Virus record (IMG/VR): IMGVR_UViG_3300021399_000107 | Span: 29,173-93,172 of that record | DNA from: a virus | Taxonomy: Duplodnaviria > Heunggongvirae > Uroviricota > Caudoviricetes | Direction: 5' to 3' (one strand) | DNA length: 64,000 bases | Shown here: piece after piece, positions 26,301 through 38,100 of the stretch | Numbering within the stretch: the first letter of the stretch is position 1 | Layout: each line of letters opens with the position of its first letter | Notes under the pieces: model-generated | What the model was told of the DNA's origin: nothing | The model's database searches: none | What the model saw: only the letters and a program-made list of their open reading frames with translations | Made by a program: the position numbers and the translations under genes

Positions 26301-29300
26301 AAATTAATCAGCAAGCAATTAATGGCATGGATAGCTATGATGACTTGGATACGTGGTTGCGCGCACTACGGTCACTTAACGATAAGTCATTAGGCATTAT
26401 TAGTATAACTAATTCAGACTTGTTTAATTTTAAAGACGGTAAATTTATTCCAACCGCTAAAGCTGTTGCAGCTTATCGCACTTCTGTTATGGAAAAATTA
26501 AACAAGCAACAGGAAGATTATTTAAGTATACTAGATCGTATTGAACAAGAACCAGAGATTCTTCGTGATTGGAATGATAACGCTGATAGGCCGACAATTT
26601 TAGACTGGTCTGAATCAGCTTCGGAAGCAGAACAGCGAATAGCCGAAGAAGCCGCTAAAGTTTGGAAACAAGTACAAGAAGAAGCGGCAGACAATTCTTA
26701 CTATAACATTCAAGATAGTTTTGAAAAGCTCATGAAAGAGCGTATTCAAGAGTTATCGCTTGGTTTAGACGCTAATTCTATTGAACGTATGCTTAATTAT
26801 GCGTCAGGTATGGCAGTACAGTGGGTTGACTTTTTATCACACAATGGAGTTACAGAAGCTGATTTAAGAGAACAGTTGGGCGTTGCCGGCTATACTGATG
26901 CAATGACTGATGCCTTTATTGCGAGCATTACACAGGGCGGCGAAGCTGCTATACGTGCAGTAGAGGACTTGTATAAAGGCAAGGGTATAAAATTAACTAC
27001 TGACCAACGCCGCACTCTTTATCGCGCAACAATTGACCCTTTGATGTCAGTTTTCGATTCTTTCGATTCTCTGTCTATTGGTCAATTCGTGGATGACGAA
27101 GTAGCTAACGTTATTTCAAAATATGGTCTTGGGAGAGTAAACGGCAACGTAATTCAAAGCCTTATTGCCCCGGCCAAAGCCTATAAGATAATGTTAGATG
27201 CTATTGCAGCTAATGGACAGGCGACTGCTGATGAGGTTTTGAAATCAATAGCATTTGAAAAGACTCAAACAGCGGATAAGCTAGACAAAGTATTATCAGG
27301 CTTAACTGGTGGCTTTGATATTGAAGAGTTCGTAAATATTTTTGGCGCAGATTTAGCTAAACAATTCCAAGATGATGACCTATTTGGTTTTAATGAAGCT
27401 ACGGGAAAAATTGTCGCAAACGCAGGCGTGGATATTAGTGCAATTCTTAGGCAGGCTGGTTTCGACGATAATTTGATCAACACGCAGGCCGTAAAAGACG
27501 CGCGCGCATCTATTCGACAGAGCGCAATAGATACTGCAACTAAGGCTGCGCAAGATGTCGCCTCTGCTATTGATAATTTGGCTGGCGCGCAAAATGGTGA
27601 TTTAGTTGACATTTCTGCTTTAATAGATAAATATGATTTGAAGCTAGACGACAATATTATTGATGGTGTAGTATCTATTCAAAATGGTGCAGTTGAGATT
27701 ATCCGACAAGTTATTGCACAAATAGAGCAAAGTAAGAAAGAAGATGATAAGACAACTGAATTAGAACTATTGAAGTTGAAAGATGCGCTCAATTCTATTA
27801 TCGCTCAGTACACTTCCTTAGTTACTAATGGAATTGCGGGTTCGTTAACGCATGAGGGCTTAGCTCAACTTATGGGCGGCGGTTTTGAAGAATTGAAGAT
27901 TAATCCAGCTGGGCTACAGGTACAAGAAACTGCCGAAGGCTTGAAATTTTCCAATGATTCCTTATTACAAATTTACGATGCCGTTCGTACTACTCATGTA
28001 AAAATTGCCGAAGAAATTAGTAACACGCTTATTCCTCAAATGACGAAGACCGGTGCTGTATGTGAAACCATTGAAAAAACAATGACTCACATGCGCGACC
28101 TCCAGCAAGAAATTGCTAAGGCAGATGACACTCGTAAATCTGCACTGAGCGCGCAATTGGCTATCACAAGAGAAATCGCATCTCAGCAACTTGCTGACCC
28201 CAGTTCCTTCAACTTTATGGATCGTAATCTACCTAATGGTATGCAAAATGCGATCAACTGGTGGAACAGCGGCGCGAAAGCCTATTCAGCGATGAACAAG
28301 GCTTCGGCTTCCGGATATATGGCTGTTGAAGATTACTATAACATGGTTACTACCATGAGCGAACTTATTCAACGGTCTAATTCTGATATTGAATGGATGG
28401 GCATTAGTGCAGAAAATGCTACTACCAAAGCAGCAGAATTGATTCAAGCTGGTTTCAGTTCTTTTACTGCGTTAGATGATGGCGAAGTAAAAATTAGTAT
28501 GCAAAAGTTGGCTGAAGCGATGGGAACCGGCGCAATAGATATGAAGACCGGTTTCGATGAAGCGTTAAAAATTATGGCACAAGAGCAGGTTGATATGCTT
28601 GAAGGCCAAATTAAGATGCTAGAAACTTTTGCAAAGATTGAAGAACTTGGCGAATCCTTAGAAACTGATGGTGTTTTTGATTTTAGTAAACTTTTTACTG
28701 ATGACCGTACAGGTTTCACAGATAAGGGACAGACATTTGTTGATCAGTTGTTACAACTAGAAGGCATCGGAGATATTAAAATTCGTGTTGGCGTAGATGG
28801 CGAAGCAATTTCAATTAAAGATCTAGTTAAAGACATAAGTAAAAATGGTTACGCTGATGCCCTTACTAACTTTATTCGCGTTGCCATATCCGATGGTTTT
28901 GATGGTGATACGATTCAGGCGCAATTAGAAAAGTATACAGATTCAGATGGCATATTAGATGTTAGCGGTTTGGCGCAAGAACTGTCTGCTACTGAAACGA
29001 CTGGAGTAGAAAATTGGACTACGGCAACAGAGAAAGCGCTAGATGCTTATAAAACTACGGTAGATGCACAATTACAAGAGCTGGATACAATTTTAAGTAG
29101 CTATTTTACAAAATTAGAGTCGAATAATCACAAACACCAAGGTGTCGAACCTAGGCCAATAGCATTGGACGATCCTTACGGCGCATCTAACGCAGATACG
29201 TCAGTTTCTTTAGCTCAAGATAATTCTGCTTTATTAAAACAACATGAACAAGATGTTCAAGAAAAAGCTACTTTACAAACTACAATCGGCGATCTTGAAG

Positions 29301-32300
29301 CTGCTGTACAACAACAGCAAATCGAACACGAACATCAAATTCAAACTCTTACAGAAGAAAACGCTGCATTAGCGCAAGAAAAAGCACAAAATGAGGCCGC
29401 TTGGGCGGCTGAAAAAGAAGCTATGGAAACCGAAGCGGCGCAGAGCGCTGAGGCCGCGCAAGCTGCTATAACTAATGTAACTAATAGGTATCTTGAACAA
29501 GAAACAAAAAATCAGGAACTAGAAGAAAATTTAATTAAAGTACAAAATCAGAATCGTGCTCTAAGTCTAACAATTGCCGATCAAGAAAATTTAATTACTA
29601 ATTTAACTGCCGAACGAGACGCAGCAGAAGCGGCGCTATCTGAGTCTCAAGAAGAAGTTATTAAGCTACAGCAAAAATTACAAGAAGCCAAGGAAGACTA
29701 TGCTAGAGCTGAAAGTAATTATGCCGATGCTGAAAGGCAGCTGCAAATTCAAAAAGACCAATTAGGTAATAATTCGTCAAATGATGTTATAATCGCTGAT
29801 TTAAAAGAGCAATTAAATACAGCGCTGAATGATAAAAATAATGCAGAAGCTAGATTACAAGAAACTACGGCATTACTTGATCACATTTATGATCAATATG
29901 ATGCTAAAAATGATGAACTATTAGCGACACAAATTGCTTTGGCTGAAGCAGAAAGTCAATTAAATAATCTGCAACGAATAGTTGCTATGCAGCAATCCGC
30001 AGATTTAAGACAACAACAGCAACAAGAATTTGGAAATGTAGCAACTGAATCGGCGCGCTGGCATCCAAATATTAATACTGCTAATCAGCAACCTACTGTT
30101 ATTGTTAAAGAAGAAGATAATGAAGTGGGTGATGAGCATTTACGTGAAGCGGAGAGAGAGCGTTTAGCGGATCAATTAAGACACAGAGAAGAAGCGCAGA
30201 CAATTAAACAACAGGCTGCTAATAATCTCGAAAGCGCTCAAATAGAACAAGCAATTAGTTATATCATGGATCTGTTTAAGCGCAATCATGATGCTCTTAT
30301 AGCTTCTAAAGATTTATCTAATAAAGAAGCTAAGGAAACATATACTGCCACTTATAAAGAAATTATATCTTTAATGGGACGCGAAACGCTAAGTGCACTA
30401 ACAAAAGAATATAATAGAGTTTTAGACGAAACAGGCAGTGAACAAAATGCGCTTGCAGAAGTTCATAGAACTTATCTTGGTGTTATCGGAAAAGAAAAAA
30501 GCAATTTAATTGCATTAATTAATGCTACAAATAATAGTAATATAGGTATTAATAGAGTAGGTAATGCTTTAAATAATTTAGCTGTAAAAGTTAATTCTAC
30601 CGCTTCTGATATTAGTACTAGTATTAAAGCTCTTAATAAATTAAATCCAGTATTAAATAATCCTACAATGGTTGCGTTTGGAGATACAAGTGCTACTGGT
30701 AATGTTGCTCTTGCCAAAGGCACTCTTATGGGTGAACTTGGCCCAGAGCTTTGGGTATCCAATGGTCACTATCATGTCGCTGGTCAAAATGGCGCAGAGT
30801 TTGTTAATCTGCCAGATGACGCCATTGTATTTAATCATCAACAGACCGCTAACCTACTTAAAAATGGGCACGCGACTCGCGGTAAGGCGATAACTTCTGA
30901 AAAGAACGCTATTGCACAAGCCAAAGGTAATGTTAATGGCGGCCCAGCAATGGTTAGCGCGAAGCAAGCAGCCGCAACCCTGCGCAAGATTCAGGCTGAG
31001 TGGCAAGCTCTTATTGATGCTGATGCCCGCAACCTAGGCTCTCTCGCAGGTCGTGGTGGCGGCGGTGGAGGAGGCGGTGGAAATAAGGATTGGCAACCTA
31101 AAACCACCTCCGGTGATATTCAACGCTGGTATAACCTCTTGCGGCAAATCGCAAAATTAGAGGAGCAAATTACATATCAAGAAACCTTACAAAGCAAGTT
31201 GGAAAGCGACAAAGTTGCGCGCGGTAATGAACTCTATCAAAGCTATCGAAAAGAACTCGATTTGCTTGATGCTGAGATTCGCCGCAATAATTATCTTGCT
31301 GAAATTCAGAAGTCTTGGTATGACGCAAAACGTGAAGAACTGGCGCGTTCTGATTATGGTCGCATCTTCACTTACGACGAAGAAGGGCTTCAGCAGTATG
31401 TGGGTAATAGTAAGCCCGGTAGCGGACTTGGACTCGACATTCTGGAAAACCTAAATCGTCGTGATATTTATGGTAAAGCCATAGACAATGCCGCAACCGC
31501 AGAAGCGCAATTACGTTATCTGCAATCAGTCGGCTTTAATATTGATAACCTAAAGTATAATGATGATGGTACGATGATAGAGACTGTGGGAAAAACTGGC
31601 GAAGAGCTTGCTGATGCCTATGTCTCTATGATGGAAAACTTCTGGACAGCTGTTGACGGCTGGCGCGATGAACTCGACAATTTGTATGATTCTTACCATG
31701 AACAGCAAGAAAAGATTCTGACAAATCAGCAAAAGCAAAACGAACTTATTCAAAAAGTAATTGACAATCAGATTACATTGGAAAATAAGGTTCTCGATGC
31801 TCTTACTGATATGCGACAACGAATGATAGACGAGCTACAAGACCAAAAGGACGCGCTAAGTGATGCCGCGGATAAGTATGTTGATGGTTTAAATGATCAG
31901 CTAAGCAAAGAACGCGACATGTATAGCAATCAGAAAGATCAGGATGAACTAACGAAGTTGCAACGCCAGTTAGCAATTTTGCAACGTTCTGGTGGCTCTG
32001 GTTCGCAAATTCGTAGTCTACAAAGTCAGATTGATAGCAAGATGCAAGACCAATACTTTAATCAGCAGCAACAACAGATTGATGCGATAAAGGAAGCATC
32101 TGATGCACAACTTGAGCGCCTAGATAGACAAATTGAACTCATAACCGAAACCTTAGCTTACGAAAAAGATAATGGTTTACTTTGGCGTGATGTGTATGCT
32201 GTAATGGAGGGGACGCCAGCAGAGATTACGTCATTTATTACAGCCAATGATAAGGAATTGCAAGCTAAATCCGCGCTACAATGGGAAGAAGATACGAGAC

Positions 32301-33253
32301 AGACCTTACAAGAAGCTGAGATATTCAGAGCGCATGTTGTAGATAACATGAACAATAATAATGTCGAAGTTATGCAACAGACTACTGATTTTAGCTTCGA
32401 GATGACAGAACGATTTAATGAACTGATTGATACTACCAGTAGCGGCAATGCTGATATTGTACATGCTGTCGTGAGTGGACAATCGGGCGGCGGCTCTGGC
32501 GGCGGAGGAGGAAGCTATGGTGGCGGCTCTAGTAGCAAAAAAACCGCTCCGATCGTTAACGCTAAACCGGCAGAAAAAAGTTATGATGAAGCAGTAAAAT
32601 TTAGTAACGATTCGGCAAAAAAAGCTACAACAAAAGATAGCAGCGCTGATACCGCGGCATTAGAAACACTTAAACAAAAATATATTAAAGCAACTCAAAA
32701 TTATTATAATGCTATTTTTACAGAATATAGAGGTCGACGTGGCGCAGGCGTGTTATTAAATAAATTAAAGTCAGTGGTAGACTCTGGAGTAAAAACATTA
32801 CAATATTCGACTACGACTCCAATATTAGAAAAGAATTATAAAAATTTATATGAACAGATGGATCAATGGTATAAAAAGTTGTTTGAATTAGATGGTTTCT
32901 CTTCCGGCGGCCTTATCGACTTCACTGGTCCCGCAATGGTTCACGGTTCAAAAACTAAGCCTGAGTCTATTTTCAGCGCAGAAGATACCGAATTTTTACG
33001 TACAGAGTTACTTTCTAACGTAAGAACGTTGCCGTCTATCGTTCGTGGTTTTGAAGCCATTCTAGGAAATTATGTCAATAGTAATAACTATAATACAATC
33101 TCTAGCGGCTCAACCATTGAACATGCGGAAGTAAATATGTACGTACAAAAAATTGATAATGATTATGATGCTCGTCGAGCTGGCGAACGAGCTCTTGATG
33201 CTATGGTTCGCATTGGTCGCAAGACTGGGCCGACAAGTGTTTCAAGGAGGTAA
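17302..33253 (+). CDS. Tape measure protein, split by 4 group I introns; spliced ~4007 aa
   Basis: Exons 17302-19305, 20500-20601, 21820-22031, 22302-22557, 23804-33253 total 12024 nt. Joins FYQQG|LQTND, MTTA|IRGF, ATNI|GTSLKSVISRYGE, AGNR|QQSRFLAL rebuild a TP901-type TMP core. Also coiled coils, GELGPEL motif and C-terminal SGGLIDFTGPAMVHG; upstream of Dit. Confidence 0.92.
19344..19372 (+). promoter_or_regulatory. Sigma70/SigA-type promoter inside intron 10, upstream of HNH ORF
   Basis: TTGACT-N17-TATAAT with extended -10 TG; same motif as four minus-strand promoters. Confidence 0.85.
19434..20279 (+). CDS. Intron-encoded HNH endonuclease with duplicated HNH domain (281 aa)
   Basis: Two copies of VHRLV..AF...P....V.H.D.N..NN...NL; C-terminal NUMOD1-like repeat; RBS AAGGAG. 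Confidence 0.9.
   Translation: [281 protein letters not shown]
20602..21819 (+). mobile_element. Group I intron 11 (TMP-I2) with Zn-ribbon/Vsr-like endonuclease ORF, 1218 nt
   Basis: P1 ACCGCT/GGTGGT; TAA at intron start; full core motifs; ends in G21819. Confidence 0.92.
20781..21722 (+). CDS. Intron-encoded endonuclease, Zn-ribbon repeats plus Vsr/DUF559-like domain (313 aa)
   Basis: FPDWN..L N-terminus and SKGE.KI..YL...YRFDFFLPDYNLAIEYQGEQHY shared with 1463-2452; RBS GGAGG. Confidence 0.8.
   Translation: MANKFSLEEYKNRIDMFFPDWNYEILEFNGYKQAAKILCKNCNNILIYKKACDISRKLNVCKCYHKFNNYHEKLIYLGQVNGFTILHDEPNNMIKTIRCDKCNTIMERSLVSLLNTPFHCDKCNAYRKGQFHYNIEEAQQRLDTATNNEYQLLQYNGINKEAVLRHLNCGFIFTIRDLNDIFIGRNRGCPKCYQFKSKGEQKIAAYLDNKNIKYIPQKTFTPLNKSKYRFDFFLPDYNLAIEYQGEQHYRDNSWFKDDLSTIQKRDQIKRQYCQENHINLLEISYKDYNIISQILDSRFNDYPFMGVEESSSK
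22032..22301 (+). ncRNA. Group I intron 12 (TMP-I3), ORF-less, 270 nt, variant core with expanded P1 loop
   Basis: P1 ACAT/GTGT and P10 CGGTA/TACCG (IGS TACCGGTGT); R GTGAACGACTA, S GCGATAGTCT; ends in G22301. Confidence 0.88.
22749..22777 (+). promoter_or_regulatory. Sigma70/SigA-type promoter inside intron 13, upstream of HNH ORF
   Basis: TTGACT-N17-TATAAT with extended -10 TG; RBS AAGGAG downstream. Confidence 0.85.
22804..23664 (+). CDS. Intron-encoded HNH endonuclease with duplicated HNH domain and NUMOD4-like segment (286 aa)
   Basis: [29 protein letters not shown] and IHHLVYECF...[17 protein letters not shown]; WRNF....[10 protein letters not shown]. Confidence 0.9.
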   Translation: [286 protein letters not shown]

Positions 33254-33258
33254 AAGGA

Positions 33259-35097
33259 ATGGCACAGAATGGACATGACATGGGTGCAATTCACGGTCAA
33301 GCATCGGGCACTCCATTTGTATCCAATTCTGTTGTTTCTTCTCACCCTCAAGTTTATATGGCTACCCATGACGGGGAAGGCAATCGCCTTCCCCTCATGG
33401 AACGCTCATTCATAAGCTTCACATGGGGAGATAAAGCGATAGAGGATTTTGGCGCTATTTCGGTTTCAGACGGAAGCCGCTATACGCGCAACACCGTAGC
33501 TAATTTTGAAGACCACACAACACAATATGAAGCTATTGATGGGCAGCTTTATTGGGGCACCCATTTTACAAATAATGAAATGACTTTTTCGCTAGCGACT
33601 GATGGTATAACAGAAAAAGAGTTGGCCGATTTTAAATTTTGGTTTAAACCAGGAATTTGCCGCGAGCTTATCTTAGCTGAGAATCCTAATCGTGCGATCA
33701 TGGCGCGCCTAGCAGAGCCACCTTCTTTTTCTTTTGTTCCTTTTGATTATGATATCGAACGTACCATAGGCGCGCGCACCTATACCACAAAAACAACTCG
33801 ATATAAGGGCGAAATCACGCTTAAATTTGTTATGGACGAACCGTTTTGGTATGGGAAAAAGGCTTATTTTGATTATGAAGAAAAGAAATATGCAGATGAT
33901 AGCGCGAAAACGACTGTGCTTGATGACCCAGATTTTATAAAGGTTATGGTCGAAGATGGAATCCCGCATGTAGAGGAAATGGGTGATCCATCGAATGTAA
34001 TTATGGCAAATGGCTGCTACATTGATTTTTCTACCGGACAAAACTCTGGTTTGGTAGCCAACGATACAGATACCACAGACTTACATACGCCGAGTTCGCT
34101 AGTTACAACTGACTCCGTAGAGGCCAGCGAAGTTTTTGATGGTAATAACGCATTTGTAGGTGTTGTAGTTAGCACAATGGATGGTAATGATGGTTTCAGG
34201 TTATCGCGCAAGAGTACCAATTTAGGCGACTATCGTTATCTTTATTATGCAGGAACCGCGCCTTCATTGCCAACCAAGCTCGCATTTAGTTTTGTACCTT
34301 ATCCTAATCCAGTAGCAGCAGATCACCATGTTTATTTGCCGGCTAATACAATGGCAAAAAATACTAGATCTTATCCTTTAAATGGTAGAGTTTTTTCACT
34401 TTTAGAAACCGGTAATCCATATAACACTATTCAAATAGGCGATAAACAATTCAGTTTCTCGCTTCCAAATATTTACAAAAGTTATAATGATGTGATACAA
34501 CTTTTTTCTGAATCTACAACCACCTATGCGAATCGTATTGCGACTCAAGAAAAAGTACGTTTACAAATTGCGCATCCGGCTGTAAGAAAGTGGGCGTTGA
34601 ACTGTCTCGAACTAGATACTCACTTATGGAGCGCCGTCAATTATAGGCGTCTTTTATGCGCGCTAATGGCTCCTATGTTTTATGCTTCTGGCTTTACAGG
34701 GGCACACAGTGGGAATACTTTTAATATTCTATTAGACCCAGAAAAAGTTTACGAATGTAGTTGTAATTTTAATTTAAAAATTGGTACTGGTACTTGTACA
34801 TATAAATACAATACTTGGCCTGATGGTATGGCGACAGCGATTGCGAGTGACACTGATTATCAAAATTTTATTGCGGCCTTATCTACAGCCGTTGCCGCTA
34901 CTCTCGTTGAAGAAACCGCCGATTGCTGGGATATGGTAATTAGCAACGATCTTTCTATTGAGCGCACAGGCGAGCCTATCCTTAGCATTGAAAATTGCCT
35001 ATTAGTGACTACTGATTATGTAGCCGCAGATTACATAGACGCAGATCGACAAGGACTTTATAATGTCGCTATCGAGTTTCAGAATTTGTATTATTAA
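33259..35097 (+). CDS. Distal tail protein (Dit), enlarged (612 aa)
   Basis: Follows TMP; N-terminal half fits a Dit-like fold (SFTWG..., G.L.WG...), followed by a long extension. Confidence 0.65.
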   Translation: MAQNGHDMGAIHGQASGTPFVSNSVVSSHPQVYMATHDGEGNRLPLMERSFISFTWGDKAIEDFGAISVSDGSRYTRNTVANFEDHTTQYEAIDGQLYWGTHFTNNEMTFSLATDGITEKELADFKFWFKPGICRELILAENPNRAIMARLAEPPSFSFVPFDYDIERTIGARTYTTKTTRYKGEITLKFVMDEPFWYGKKAYFDYEEKKYADDSAKTTVLDDPDFIKVMVEDGIPHVEEMGDPSNVIMANGCYIDFSTGQNSGLVANDTDTTDLHTPSSLVTTDSVEASEVFDGNNAFVGVVVSTMDGNDGFRLSRKSTNLGDYRYLYYAGTAPSLPTKLAFSFVPYPNPVAADHHVYLPANTMAKNTRSYPLNGRVFSLLETGNPYNTIQIGDKQFSFSLPNIYKSYNDVIQLFSESTTTYANRIATQEKVRLQIAHPAVRKWALNCLELDTHLWSAVNYRRLLCALMAPMFYASGFTGAHSGNTFNILLDPEKVYECSCNFNLKIGTGTCTYKYNTWPDGMATAIASDTDYQNFIAALSTAVAATLVEETADCWDMVISNDLSIERTGEPILSIENCLLVTTDYVAADYIDADRQGLYNVAIEFQNLYY

Positions 35098-35122
35098 AGT
35101 GGAGTAAAAGGAGGAAAACATA

Positions 35123-38100
35123 ATGAAATTAAAACGTAATTACGAACTTTCATTATGGACGCTTCAAGATACATACATAACTGTCTTGAAGCCGTATGAA
35201 TTAGAAGCGCGCAATAGGATACAAGAGCCAGATTTGCATGTAAAAGATGACGGTACGCTGGAATTTTCTTGCAAAATCCCAATGTATATCCACGAGTGCG
35301 CGACCAATGAGATGCAAGAGAATCCAATTTGGTATAACACACAAAATGGAAATCTCATTGCTGATATGCGTAAGCTAAAAGTTATTTTTAATAAAAATAA
35401 TGTTGACCCTGATAAATCAACGGTTTATGAAATTCTTATCACAAAAGTTACCGAAGAACATGAAGGTATGGAAACATGGTGTGAAATCAACGGTGAAGGA
35501 TTGGACTTCCATGAATTAGGAAAAATAGGGTTTAAGACCGAACTCAATGCAGATTTGTATAATTATGATTGGGCCACATGGGCTGATAGCGAAGAGCTAG
35601 TCGCAGATGCAGAACCTATTAATAACATTGACTATTGGGTCAGTAAGCTACGATTAGCTGATATTGGCTGGACATATGAAGTGCGTATGGATTGGAGTTG
35701 CTACCCTGGTGAGCTTGCTACTAATAAGGTGTATGAAGCGCCATATGTTATTGCATGGAATGTAAATACGGATACTAGTGCGGTAACTCCCAGTGATAAT
35801 ACTAGTGCGGTGGAAAAGCGTCGCATAGTGGATACGAACGAAAGTAACTACTATAATATTACGCAAACGATAGCAGAAACATTTGGAGTCTTTTGCCGCT
35901 ATGAGCGTAAATATGATAGTGTTTATCGGTGCATTGAGAAAAAAGTTGTCTTTTACAATAACTTTTTAAATGAAACCGAAGGCCCAATCGACATTAACTA
36001 TTCTTTCGATACAGAACATATAAGTCGAGAAAAGGATAGTACTGATTTGGTCACGAAGCTATTTGTAAAAACACTTAATGATGAAAATATGGAATCAGGT
36101 TGGGCAGCAATAGGTGACAGCGCAGCAAATAAAAGCGGTGAAGACTATATCCTAAATTTTGACTACTTGCGTGCCATCGGAACAATTTCGCAAGATCAAT
36201 ATGACGAGATTGCGGTATATGAAAATCAGATGGCGGTTTATAACAAGATTTTAAATACGCAAAGCACCATCATCCAGAATATAGATACACGTTTGCCAGA
36301 ACTAGAAGCCCAAAAAACAGTTGCAGAAAACGGCATTATATTGGATAAAGAACGTATTTCTGCTGCGGACGACCTCTTGCGCGCCGTTACAAACAATACT
36401 GGCGTAGTTGAAATCACTGACGCACGACCAGCAATCGCATACACAATTGCTGAAGGAACAAGTTCCGTTCCTACTTATATTGTAATTCGGCAGGAAGGCG
36501 TAATTGTAGACGCATCGTTAAAACTATATCAAACGTATAATGCAGCCGGACAAGAGGGCCAAAAACTATCAAATCAAATTTCATCTTATACCTGTGAATT
36601 TGATGAATTTGGTAATTTAAAAAAGATTTCACACCTTAATGTTCAGGCATCTACGCCTGTTTATCTTATATATAAATATGACCCTCAACTTGAGCAAGAA
36701 AATGTTAAGAAAACTTGGACTGATAGGTTAGCGCGCGATGAGGGCGAACTAGCACGCCTGGGAGACCTTATCGAACAATTAGAAACCGACCGCGCGGCAG
36801 CGCAGACATTGTATGACGAAACACATGCACAAAAAGAAGCCGCCATGTTAGCTTTCACTCGACTAATGGGGCCCGCACTTCGAGAAGGATATTGGCAGCC
36901 AGAAGACTCCTATGGAGATTATGGCGATAAATATTATAATACACTCACAAGCTCTGAGCCGCAAAAGAAATTAGCTACCCTTATATTGGATAGCTATCAC
37001 TTTGAGGGAGAACAGCTCGCTTACTATTTGGATGGTGTCAATCAAATTCGTAACTATTATCCTTATATTGACCTATCGCGAGTGACGTTTACGTCTGGAA
37101 AAACATGGTCAGATTTACTTCACGCATCTTTTTGCTTCCGTAGTATTGAGCCAGATACCAGTATCCCGAGTTCAGATAATCGTTATTGGGTGAATTGGCC
37201 AGTCGGCGCATCCAGTCAGCTAGTGTATTTAAAGGTGGGCGCCAATGGCGCACCTTTTCCAGCTCTTCTTCTTACTGGCGTTACATCGCTACCTATGGAT
37301 ATTACTACTGATGATGTAAAGTATGCTGAAACACTTGCGCGCGAAGCTCAGGTGGCTATTGTAGAGACTACTGTAGGACAAACCGGTGTAGAAATGACCT
37401 TAACAAAAGTGTTAAATAGCGTTACGGTTGTAATACCACAGAATCCTACTATTGTTTGCTATCCGCGTGTTCATTTAGATACTCCAAACTTAAAAACAGG
37501 TGACGATGATGTTATTGTAAAAATGGGCACCGAAAAGATTGACCGTTATAGTGGCTATTCATTGCTAAAACAGGGGCGCATTAATCCTGCTGGCACGGTT
37601 ACTGACTACAATAACAACTATTACATTACACTTACGACAGATAACTATATGGTAAAGAGCGAGGGCGGCATCGGTGCTGTTACTGTTGGCTATACGGTTC
37701 CAAATACACCAACGGCAATTTACCTTGACGCGCGCGAAGTTTCGCGTGAAAACGCATTTCCAAAAACCACCTATACTGTTGACCCTACCTTTACGAAAGA
37801 TAGCTTTTTGGATGTTTCCTCTCATTGCCTAGGCCGCATTGTACATATTAACGATACGGACTTGAAGTTTGATCATGTACGAGGCTATATTTCAGAAATT
37901 GAGTTGAATTTAGATAAACCTTGGGAAGACCAAATCACTATTACAAACTATCGTACCAAGTTTGAAGATTTGTTTAGTACTATCGTTGCGCAGACGGAAG
38001 AGATGAAGAAAAGCTCCTACGTGGTGAGTTTGGCTTCTGGTATTTTTACACCTAAAGGCGAAATTGCAGAAGACGCTCTATATGATTCTATGCGTCATGC

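Noticed and set aside
31054-32530. GGC/GGT/GGA runs at about 31054-31081 and 32480-32530
   Set aside because: They encode Gly-rich linkers in the TMP frame; not independent repeats.
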